A DNA stretch of 32,000 nucleotides, taken from Thermodesulfobacteriota bacterium. GTDB lineage: Bacteria; Desulfobacterota; WTBG01; JAGOGO01. The notes beneath the pieces are model-generated. The model was not told the DNA's origin, did no database searches, and worked only from the letters and a program-made list of their open reading frames with translations. Location of the stretch: the NCBI GenBank assembly GCA_026625185.1, contig CP113000.1, positions 1,935,622 to 1,967,621 on the forward strand, read 5' to 3'. The position numbers were made by a program, and so were the translations under genes. Of the stretch, positions 15,921 through 23,945 are shown piece after piece (positions within the stretch are counted from its first letter, which is position 1; each line of letters opens with the position of its first letter).

Positions 15921-16487
15921 ATGGATGAGGATACTGAACTTTTTCTGGCATTAAAAAAGGGTGATGACCCTGCCTTTAGTAAGCTTTTTCAAAAATATTA
16001 CCCCAAAATAGTAAACCTCATTTATCGTTTTCTGTTTAATGAAAAAAAGGATGTCGAAGACCTTGCCCAGGAAATATTTTGCCGGGCTTATTTGGGTGCA
16101 CAAACCTTCTCTCCTCACGCTAAGTTTTCCACCTGGCTTTATAAGATCGCGGTAAACCGCTGTCTTAGCCACTACCATAAGATTAAACGAAGAAAAGAAA
16201 GTTATCAGGACGATGACAAGGAAACCCAGAATTTTGAAAACCACCTATCGCCGATAAATAGTCCGGATACTCAGATTATCCAGAAAGAACTACACCAGGA
16301 AATTCAAGCAGCTCTTGATAAACTCCCATTGGATCAGAAAATGGCTTTTATATTACTGGAGTCCGTCGGGTTATCTTATCAGGAAATCGCCCGTATATCC
16401 GGGACTTCGGAAAAGGCAGTGGAAAGGCGGATATATCATGCGCGACAGAAATTGAAGGAGCTTTTAACACCTTATATTTCTTCTTAA
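15921..16487 (+). CDS. ECF-type RNA polymerase sigma factor
   Basis: Region 2 (DLAQEIFCRAYLGAQTF...FSTWLYKIAVNRCLSH) and region 4 HTH (LSYQEIARISGTSEKAVERRIYHARQKL). Confidence 0.9.
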   Translation: MDEDTELFLALKKGDDPAFSKLFQKYYPKIVNLIYRFLFNEKKDVEDLAQEIFCRAYLGAQTFSPHAKFSTWLYKIAVNRCLSHYHKIKRRKESYQDDDKETQNFENHLSPINSPDTQIIQKELHQEIQAALDKLPLDQKMAFILLESVGLSYQEIARISGTSEKAVERRIYHARQKLKELLTPYISS

Positions 16488-16562
16488 TTCAAAAAAAACA
16501 TAGGGGGTTTTAAGATATAATGAGAGTTAAATAGGTAGGGGAAAAATAACCGGCACTAAAAG

Positions 16563-17069
16563 ATGAAAAAGATGAATTGTAAAGATATTCAAAGAAAGCT
16601 TAGCCAATACATTGATAATAGAATTTCTGCAAAAGAAAGATCGATAATAGAAACGCATATTAAAAAGTGTGTTTTCTGTGCAGCAGAAAAAGAAAAATTG
16701 GATAAAGTGACCACTGTTTTTCGCAGCATTCCAGAGTTTATCCCTATTCAGGATTCGGAGGAGGTTTTCTGGAAAAAGGTTCGGCAGGCAAGAAAACACC
16801 GGTTCATTGAAAAAATTCGTTCCCTCATTACCCAGTGGGATTTTATCCCGGTTTATTATCCGGCTACGGCCTTGTTTCTAATCGGGCTGGTGCTGGGAAT
16901 ATGCTTAGGTCCTGTTTATAACGGGACTTTCTATAAAAATAGATTTAGCTCTTCAAACATTACCTATTTAGCCTTAGATCGGATGGATACAATTCCGTAT
17001 CGCTCTTTTACCGGCGTATATCTGAGCGGCAAAGCTACACCTCATAAGTTCTCAAAGGAGGAACCTTGA
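16563..17069 (+). CDS. anti-sigma factor (zf-HC2, single TM)
   Basis: MNCKDIQRKLSQYID... with THIKKCVFC (H-x3-C-x2-C). Central TM segment YYPATALFLIGLVLGICLG. Lies immediately after the ECF sigma gene. Confidence 0.8.
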   Translation: MKKMNCKDIQRKLSQYIDNRISAKERSIIETHIKKCVFCAAEKEKLDKVTTVFRSIPEFIPIQDSEEVFWKKVRQARKHRFIEKIRSLITQWDFIPVYYPATALFLIGLVLGICLGPVYNGTFYKNRFSSSNITYLALDRMDTIPYRSFTGVYLSGKATPHKFSKEEP

Positions 17070-17548
17070 AAAAGTTGATACTATTATTGGTATTTGTCTT
17101 GGGAATAGGAGCGGCCTTTGTCTTAACTAAACATTTTATTTTCGAAAACCACAAACCAGACCATCCGGTTTCCATAAATTCCCAACATTGTGATCTTTCC
17201 TGCTGTGTTCCTGAGAATATTAAGCTCAGCCCCTCCCAAAAAGCGAAGATCCAACCACACGTGAGGGAATATTGTCAGTGCCGGGATACCCTCTCCATTC
17301 AGATTGACCAAAAAAGGTTGTCAGTGGCCAACCTTTTGCTTCAGCCGCATCCGGATTTTTTAGCAATTGATAATCTGTTAGAAGATATCGCCAAGCTTCA
17401 GAAAAAACTGGAACTGAAAACGATCAGCCATATTTTAGAGGTCAAAAACCTGTTGAAACCTGAACAGCAGGATCAGTTCATTAGACCCATTGTGAATGAA
17501 ATTCGCCGGCGATGTTATCACGGAGAATCTCTGAAGGAGAAAAGTTGA
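17066..17548 (+). CDS. Spy/CpxP-family periplasmic protein (periplasmic heavy-metal-sensor type)
   Basis: Signal/anchor KKLILLLVFVLGIGAAF. LxxxQ repeats LSPSQKAKI and LKPEQQDQF. TTG start 4 nt after AAGGAGG, overlapping the anti-sigma stop. Confidence 0.7.
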   Translation: MKKLILLLVFVLGIGAAFVLTKHFIFENHKPDHPVSINSQHCDLSCCVPENIKLSPSQKAKIQPHVREYCQCRDTLSIQIDQKRLSVANLLLQPHPDFLAIDNLLEDIAKLQKKLELKTISHILEVKNLLKPEQQDQFIRPIVNEIRRRCYHGESLKEKS

Positions 17549-17816
17549 CTTTCCTCAAAAAATACAATACTATTGCCGGAAGAAAAATGTTATTCGGAAT
17601 ACATAGTCTTCTCTCCTAAAATACATAGTTTACCCTATTATTCTGTTGCGATACGAAGAGGTATTATTTTAAAAGCTTGCTTCATTTATTCGCCAAAGTA
17701 ATTAGGGGGTAGACAGCAGACATTTTTAAAAAGGAAAGACTATCATAAACTATACGTGGTCTTTAATTTAGGGGCGGATTCGGGTGGTAAATTTTAAACT
17801 TTCAGAGGAGGAAGCC

Positions 17817-18206
17817 ATGAAAAGATTTTGTTTATGTATTTTTGTTTTTTTAATTGGTGTAACCCTTGGGTGTGCTAAGGGGTATGAAATAACCAAACCT
17901 GCAGGGGAATATAATGTGACTATTACTTTAGATAAAAGTCCTCCGGTAGCAGGTGAAAATCACATGACCATTATGCTCAAGGATACCACGGGCAAAATAG
18001 TAACTGATGCCACAGTAAAAGTTGAATACACAATGCCGGCCATGCCGGGGATGCCGGCAATGCATTATTCGGCAGAACCGAAGGTGCGAGGAAATGCATA
18101 TCATACAACGTTAAACCTTTCTATGTCGGGCGCATGGAACATTGCTATAAAAATTACCCACAACGATAAAACCGAAATGGTGAACTTCAATGTGGACGCC
18201 AGTTAA
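17817..18206 (+). CDS. FixH/YtkA-like lipoprotein with Met-rich motif
   Basis: MKRFCLCIFVFLIGVTLGC has a lipobox. NVTITLDKSPPVAGENHMTIMLKD...NLSMSGAWNIAIKI resembles FixH/YtkA-type domains. MPAMPGMPAM lies at 18033-18062. The ATG at 17817 is preceded by GAGGAGGAAG. Confidence 0.7.
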   Translation: MKRFCLCIFVFLIGVTLGCAKGYEITKPAGEYNVTITLDKSPPVAGENHMTIMLKDTTGKIVTDATVKVEYTMPAMPGMPAMHYSAEPKVRGNAYHTTLNLSMSGAWNIAIKITHNDKTEMVNFNVDAS

Positions 18207-19467
18207 CTTTATCAAAATTATTGCGGGGGGATTGTTCTTCTGTCTCTCTTCGGCTGTCTTTGCGCAAGAACTGAAGCTCAATGACCTGATTGAGGAGGCA
18301 TTGAAAAATAATCCGGAAATCCTTGCCGCTCAGGCGAGGGCGGAAGCTGCAAAATATAAAATCCCTCAGGCCAAGAGCCTTCCCGACCCGATGGTTATGT
18401 TCGGCTATCAGAATGAAGGGTGGGATAGGTACACTTATGGTGAGATGCAAGATGCCCAGTGGATGTTTTCTGCTTCCCAAATGTTTCCCTTCCCGGGGAA
18501 ACGATCATTAAAAGAGACCATGGCGGCAAAAGATGCAGAAAGCATAAATGCTTCTTATGCGGCAACCCAATTAAAAACCATTGCCAAAGTAAAGGAACTT
18601 TATTTTGATCTTTTCCTTACCTATAAGAACATTGACCTCACTCGAAACAAGACCTCCCTTTTTTCGCGTATCGAGGAAGCAGCGTTAGCGCGGTATTCAT
18701 CAGGCATGGCTCCCCAACAAGAAGTCATCATGGCTCAGACCGAAAAGTACATGGTTATAGAAAAAGAGGAAATGTTCAAGCAGAAAATTCAGGCTTTGGA
18801 GGCGATGTTAAACTCGACTCTCGGCCGTGGGAGTAATACCCCCCTCGGACGACCGGTTGAACCTGTTTCGGTTGCACTTCCCGCCACCCTGGATGAGCTT
18901 ATCGAAAAAGCCTACACCAATTCTCCGGAAATTAAAGCTCGAGAAAAGATGATTTCCGGTGCCGAAGCAAAAGTAGAGTTGGCGAAGAAAGAGTACTATC
19001 CTGATTTTACCATCAACGCCGGGGTCTCAAAACGACAAGGAATGTTTGAAGATATGTGGTACGTTACCAACACCATCAATATTCCTCTTTATTTTCGAAG
19101 CAAGCAGCGCCAGGGGGTTTTCGAGGCACAAGCATCTTTATCGGAAGCACAGAGCGAATGCGAGTCCATCAAGCTTATGATTGCCTCCGCCATACGAGAT
19201 AACTACTCTATGTTCAAAGCCGCGGAAAAATTGACTGAGTTATATCAAAGCGCTTTAATCCCTAAAACCTATCAGGGTTTTGAATCAGCCATTGCGGGAT
19301 ATGTAACCGGGAAGGTGGAAGCGATAACCACTATAAGCCGGCTTAAATCCTTGTTTGACTATGAGCTTCTTTATTGGGGGCAGGTCATTGAGAGGGAAAA
19401 AGCAATCGCAAGAATTGAGGCAATTACTGGAGGTGCCGACTTCATAACCGCAATGGGGGAAAAATGA
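18190..19467 (+). CDS. cusC: TolC-family outer membrane efflux protein
   Basis: 425-aa ORF with a signal peptide ending AVFAQE. LNDLIEEALKNNPEILAAQA is a typical OEP repeat. Overlaps its neighbours in a three-component operon. The symbol is assigned by operon context. Confidence 0.85.
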   Translation: MWTPVNFIKIIAGGLFFCLSSAVFAQELKLNDLIEEALKNNPEILAAQARAEAAKYKIPQAKSLPDPMVMFGYQNEGWDRYTYGEMQDAQWMFSASQMFPFPGKRSLKETMAAKDAESINASYAATQLKTIAKVKELYFDLFLTYKNIDLTRNKTSLFSRIEEAALARYSSGMAPQQEVIMAQTEKYMVIEKEEMFKQKIQALEAMLNSTLGRGSNTPLGRPVEPVSVALPATLDELIEKAYTNSPEIKAREKMISGAEAKVELAKKEYYPDFTINAGVSKRQGMFEDMWYVTNTINIPLYFRSKQRQGVFEAQASLSEAQSECESIKLMIASAIRDNYSMFKAAEKLTELYQSALIPKTYQGFESAIAGYVTGKVEAITTISRLKSLFDYELLYWGQVIEREKAIARIEAITGGADFITAMGEK

Positions 19468-20684
19468 AACCAAATAATCTGATTATCGATGCTCAAATTT
19501 TTTTGACTATCTTTCTTATTTGTTTTTTTCCACCCGACCCATTAATGAGTCATAGGATTTCACCAATTGCGTATGCCCAAACATCATCAATGCCGGGTAT
19601 GCCCGGCATGTCGTCTGAAACCCCTCAACCGGCTTCGACCGCACCGTCAGCTCTTCGTAAAGAAACTGCGGAAGTTCCATCGCTTCAGATATCCCCAGAG
19701 AAACAACAACTCATTGGTGTTAAGACAGTTGAGGCTTCGGTGAAGTCTCTTGAGAAAACAATCCGGACGGTTGGAAGAATTGAGTACGATGAAAAAAAAC
19801 TTGCTACGGTCAATACCAAAATCGAAGGCTGGATCGAAAAATTATTTGTGGACTATACCGGGAAGCAGGTAAAAAAAGGAGCGCCATTGGTTGAGATTTA
19901 CAGCCCAGAGCTTTTTGCTACTCAACAGGAATTTATTAACTTGGTAAAATGGAACAATACCCAAAGTTCAGAGGGTTTTGGAAAAATGCTTTCGCAGGAT
20001 TCGCAAAAGATTCTGGAAGCAGCACGAGAACGGCTGAGACTGTGGGACATAACTAATGACCAGATTAAAAAAATCGAAAAGACCGGTAAACCGATAAGGA
20101 GACTTAGGCTTTATAGTCCGGTGAGCGGATATGTTGTTCAGAAGATGGCACTTCAAGGAATGCGGGTAATGCCCGGAGAGAAACTTTTTGATGTTGCGGA
20201 TCTTTCTACGGTGTGGGTCATTGCGGATATTTATGAGTATGAGCTTTCTCTGGTAAAAGTGGGGGAGATTGCCAAGATAAACCTGAGTTATTTCCCTGAA
20301 AAGGAGTTTGAATCCTCGATTGACTATATCTATCCTACCCTTGCCGGTGAAACCAGAACCACCAAAATCAGGTTCACCATTCCCAACCCGGAAGGGAAGC
20401 TGAAACCGAATATGTTTACCGACGTGGTGCTGAAAATTTCACTCGGGACGAAACTTGTCATCCCGGAAGATGCTTTAATTGACACCGGGGTGAGACAAAT
20501 CGTGTATATTGATAAAGGTGAAGGATATTTTGAACCGCGGGAAGTTGTTCCTGGTGCAAGGGGGGAAGGGATGATAGAAATTATAAAAGGACTCTATGCA
20601 GGAGAAAAGGTCGCCTCGGCAGCCAATTTTCTTATTGACTCGGAAGCAAAGCTCAATGGGGTAGTGCCTCTTCATCAACATTAA
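19464..20684 (+). CDS. cusB: RND efflux periplasmic adaptor (membrane fusion protein)
   Basis: 406-aa ORF. GRIEYDEKKLATVNTKIEGWIEKLFVDYTGKQVKKGAPLVEIYSPEL is a lipoyl/HlyD-like region. N-terminal Met motif SSMPGMPGMSS. Confidence 0.88.
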   Translation: MKPNNLIIDAQIFLTIFLICFFPPDPLMSHRISPIAYAQTSSMPGMPGMSSETPQPASTAPSALRKETAEVPSLQISPEKQQLIGVKTVEASVKSLEKTIRTVGRIEYDEKKLATVNTKIEGWIEKLFVDYTGKQVKKGAPLVEIYSPELFATQQEFINLVKWNNTQSSEGFGKMLSQDSQKILEAARERLRLWDITNDQIKKIEKTGKPIRRLRLYSPVSGYVVQKMALQGMRVMPGEKLFDVADLSTVWVIADIYEYELSLVKVGEIAKINLSYFPEKEFESSIDYIYPTLAGETRTTKIRFTIPNPEGKLKPNMFTDVVLKISLGTKLVIPEDALIDTGVRQIVYIDKGEGYFEPREVVPGARGEGMIEIIKGLYAGEKVASAANFLIDSEAKLNGVVPLHQH

Positions 20685-20759
20685 ACAGAAGACGGAATTC
20701 CGAAGCCAGAAAAAATTTTAAAAATATTCTAAATTCTGACTCCTGACCCCTGAATTTAT

Positions 20760-23700
20760 ATGATCGCTAAAATTATCGAGTACAGCGCCCGAAACAAATT
20801 TATTATCTTTTTGTTTACCTTTTTTGCCCTTGCCTGGGGCTACTGGGCATTAAAAAATACCCCGCTTGACGCCCTGCCGGATTTAAGTGACACCCAGGTT
20901 ATTGTTTATACCGAATGGGGTGGCAGGAGTCCTGACTTAGTAGAAGATCAGATTACCTATCCTATTTCCTCAACCCTTCTTGCCGCCCCAAAAGTACAAG
21001 CGGTTCGAGGTTTTTCTTTTCTTGGGAGTTCTTTCATTTACATTATTTTCCAGGAAGGAACTGATATTTACTGGGCACGGAGCCGGGTTCTCGAATACCT
21101 CCAAGCCGTAAAAAACAAACTCCCGGCGGATGTGAATCCAATTCTTGGCCCGGATGCAACCGGCCTTGGCTGGGGATTTTCCTATGCATTAGTTGATGAA
21201 ACCGGAGAGCATGATCTTGCCCAACTTCGCTCGCTTCAGGATTGGAACCTGAAGCTGGCTATTGAGAGTGTTCCAGGGGTTTCTCAGGTTGCCAGTATTG
21301 GAGGTTTTGTCAAGCAGTACCAGGTCACCATCGATCCAAACCGTCTACAGGCTTATAACATTCCTCTAACCAAGGTTATGAATGCAGTGAGAAGGGGCAA
21401 CCTGGATGTTGAGGGGAGAGTTTTAGAGGTTTTCGGTTTTGAATACATGTTGAGGGGCAGGGGTTATATAAAGACCCTTAAAGACCTTGAAGACCTCTCA
21501 GTGGGGACCAACGGCGCAGGAACACCGATCTATTTGAAAGACATAGGACGTATTCAGCTTGGACCGGAGATACGGAGAGGGCTGGCCGACCTGGATGGAA
21601 AAGGAGAAGTGGCTGGGGGCATTGTAGTTATTAGGTTTGGCGAAAATGTGCTCAGTGTCATTGAACGGGTCAAAGAAAAAATTAAAAATAACATTGAACC
21701 GAGCCTTCCCAAAGGAGTAAAGATGGTCATAACCTATGACCGGTCTGACCTGATCCACCGTTCTATTAACACTCTCAAGGAAGAACTGGTCAAACTCTCA
21801 GTGGCGGTGAGCGCGGTTTGCCTGGTTTTTTTATTCCATTTGCCGAGCGCCCTGGTTGTCATCATTACGCTCCCGTTCGCCATCATCTTGTCCTTTGTCT
21901 GCATGTATTATTTAAAGGTCACTTCCAACATCATGAGTTTAAGCGGCATTGCTATTGCCATTGGGGCGATGGTGGATGCCGCGATCATTATGGTGGAAAA
22001 TGCTCATAAAAAACTTGAAGAGTGGGAAATACAAGGGAAGCTGGCTAACCGAACCGACGTAATCATCGAGGCGGCGAAGGAGGTTGGGCCGTCGTTGTTT
22101 TTTTCACTCTTAGTAATCACGGTGGGGTTCCTTCCGGTCTTTACTCTTCAGGGGCAGGCAGGAAGACTCTTTAAACCGCTTGCCTACACCAAGACCTTTG
22201 CCATGCTTTTTTCTTCCTTTATGGCGATAACCTTAACCCCGGTCTTAATGACCTTGTTAATTCGCGGGAGGATAAAGCCGGAGGAGAAAAATCCTTTAAG
22301 TTTGATCCTTCACCGCCTCTATGAGCCGGTTGCCTCCCTTGCTCTCCGATTTAAAAAGACGGTTATTATTCTTGCTCTTATAGTGCTGGCAATTTCTGTC
22401 TATCCCTTTTTGAAACTTGGTTCTGAATTTATGCCTTCCCTTTATGAAGGAACCCTTTTTTATATGCCGGTGACTGCTCCCGCTCCATCTATATCTGTGG
22501 TCTCAAAATTACTCCAGCTTCAGGACAAGATATTAATGAAGTTTCCGGAAGTGGCCCAGGTTTTTGGAAAAGCCGGCCGTGCGGAAACCGCTACTGACCC
22601 CGCTCCCCTGGAGATGTTTGAAACGATAATCAACCTGAAGCCCGAATCCGCGTGGAGACCGGGAATGACGGTGGAGAAACTGAAAAACGAGATGAATGAC
22701 GCTTTAACCATACCTGGGGTGGCGAATTCGTTTACCATGCCCATAAAGGCGCGGATCGATATGCTGGCAACCGGTGTCAGGACCCCCGTGGGGATCAAAA
22801 TTCTCGGCCCCAAACTTGAGGAAATTGAAAAAATAGGTCTAGATATTGAACACCACATGAAGAATATCCCCGGCACACGGAGCGCATATGCGGAAAGGGT
22901 TACCACCGGTTATTTCCTGGACTTCACCATCAAACGGGACGCGATTGCCCGATATGGTTTAACCGTTGAAGATGTTCACGACGTTATCCAGTCTGCTATC
23001 GGAGGGATGAATCTAACCACGACGGTGGAAGGAAGGCAGCGCTACCCGGTTAATATCCGGTATTCGCGAGAATTACGGGATGATCTGAAAAAACTGGAAA
23101 GAGTTTTTGTGCCAGTCATGAGGGAAAATGTCCCTTCTGGTTCGGGAATGCCAACTTCTTCTGCTTCAACACCCATTCAGGTGCCTTTGGGTGAGCTGGC
23201 AGAGATAAAAATTGCAACCGGACCAACAGTAATTAAAAGTGAGGAAGGGCTTCTTACTGCCTATGTTTTTGTGGACTTTTCCGGCCGGGATATAGGGGGA
23301 TATGTGAATGAGGCCAAAAAGAGTGTTGTCTCCCTGAAGATACCGGATGGCTATCATTTGGAGTGGAGCGGTGAATATGAATATTTGGTGAAGACCCATG
23401 AAAGGCTAAAACTAGTTATCCCTCTGACCATACTGATTATCTTTGTGCTCCTGTATTTTAATACCCGCTCAGTTACCAAAACACTAATTGTTTTTCTCGC
23501 GGTTCCTTTTTCTCTGGTAGGATCATTCTGGCTTCTTTACCTTCTCAACTACAATATGAGTATTGCGGTCTGGGTGGGTATCATCGCTTTGGCTGGTTTA
23601 GATGCGGAAACCGGAGTGGTTATGCTACTCTACCTGGACCTAGCTTATGCGCAGTGGAAAAAGGAAGGTAGATTAAATACTATCAGTGACCTTAAGGATG

Positions 23701-23930
23701 CGATCATGCACGGCGCAGTAAAAAGGATAAGGCCAAAAATTATGACCGTAAGTGTTATCTTGGCCGGTCTTATCCCAATTATGTTCAGCCACGGCACAGG
23801 CGCAGATGTGATGAAGCGGATCGCCGCACCTATGATCGGAGGCGTTATCACCTCCACTATCCTCGAGCTGATCATTTATCCTGCCATATACTTGATATGG
23901 AAGGGAAGGGCATTAAAAAATATCACATAG
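20760..23930 (+). CDS. cusA: CusA/CzcA-family heavy-metal RND efflux pump (Cu(I)/Ag(I)-type)
   Basis: 1056-aa, 12-TM RND protein. Strong resemblance to E. coli CusA around the three-Met site: EGTLFYMPVTAP, APLEMFETIINLKP and IKARIDMLATG. Confidence 0.93.
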   Translation: MIAKIIEYSARNKFIIFLFTFFALAWGYWALKNTPLDALPDLSDTQVIVYTEWGGRSPDLVEDQITYPISSTLLAAPKVQAVRGFSFLGSSFIYIIFQEGTDIYWARSRVLEYLQAVKNKLPADVNPILGPDATGLGWGFSYALVDETGEHDLAQLRSLQDWNLKLAIESVPGVSQVASIGGFVKQYQVTIDPNRLQAYNIPLTKVMNAVRRGNLDVEGRVLEVFGFEYMLRGRGYIKTLKDLEDLSVGTNGAGTPIYLKDIGRIQLGPEIRRGLADLDGKGEVAGGIVVIRFGENVLSVIERVKEKIKNNIEPSLPKGVKMVITYDRSDLIHRSINTLKEELVKLSVAVSAVCLVFLFHLPSALVVIITLPFAIILSFVCMYYLKVTSNIMSLSGIAIAIGAMVDAAIIMVENAHKKLEEWEIQGKLANRTDVIIEAAKEVGPSLFFSLLVITVGFLPVFTLQGQAGRLFKPLAYTKTFAMLFSSFMAITLTPVLMTLLIRGRIKPEEKNPLSLILHRLYEPVASLALRFKKTVIILALIVLAISVYPFLKLGSEFMPSLYEGTLFYMPVTAPAPSISVVSKLLQLQDKILMKFPEVAQVFGKAGRAETATDPAPLEMFETIINLKPESAWRPGMTVEKLKNEMNDALTIPGVANSFTMPIKARIDMLATGVRTPVGIKILGPKLEEIEKIGLDIEHHMKNIPGTRSAYAERVTTGYFLDFTIKRDAIARYGLTVEDVHDVIQSAIGGMNLTTTVEGRQRYPVNIRYSRELRDDLKKLERVFVPVMRENVPSGSGMPTSSASTPIQVPLGELAEIKIATGPTVIKSEEGLLTAYVFVDFSGRDIGGYVNEAKKSVVSLKIPDGYHLEWSGEYEYLVKTHERLKLVIPLTILIIFVLLYFNTRSVTKTLIVFLAVPFSLVGSFWLLYLLNYNMSIAVWVGIIALAGLDAETGVVMLLYLDLAYAQWKKEGRLNTISDLKDAIMHGAVKRIRPKIMTVSVILAGLIPIMFSHGTGADVMKRIAAPMIGGVITSTILELIIYPAIYLIWKGRALKNIT

Positions 23931-23945
23931 GAGGAACCATCTCGC

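Noticed and set aside
20760-23930. Antisense ORFs within cusA (21498-21758, 22520-22906, 23166-23399, 23645-23875) and the 21818-22009 plus-frame ORF
   Set aside because: They overlap a confidently identified 1056-aa RND pump and have no motifs, so they are shadow ORFs.
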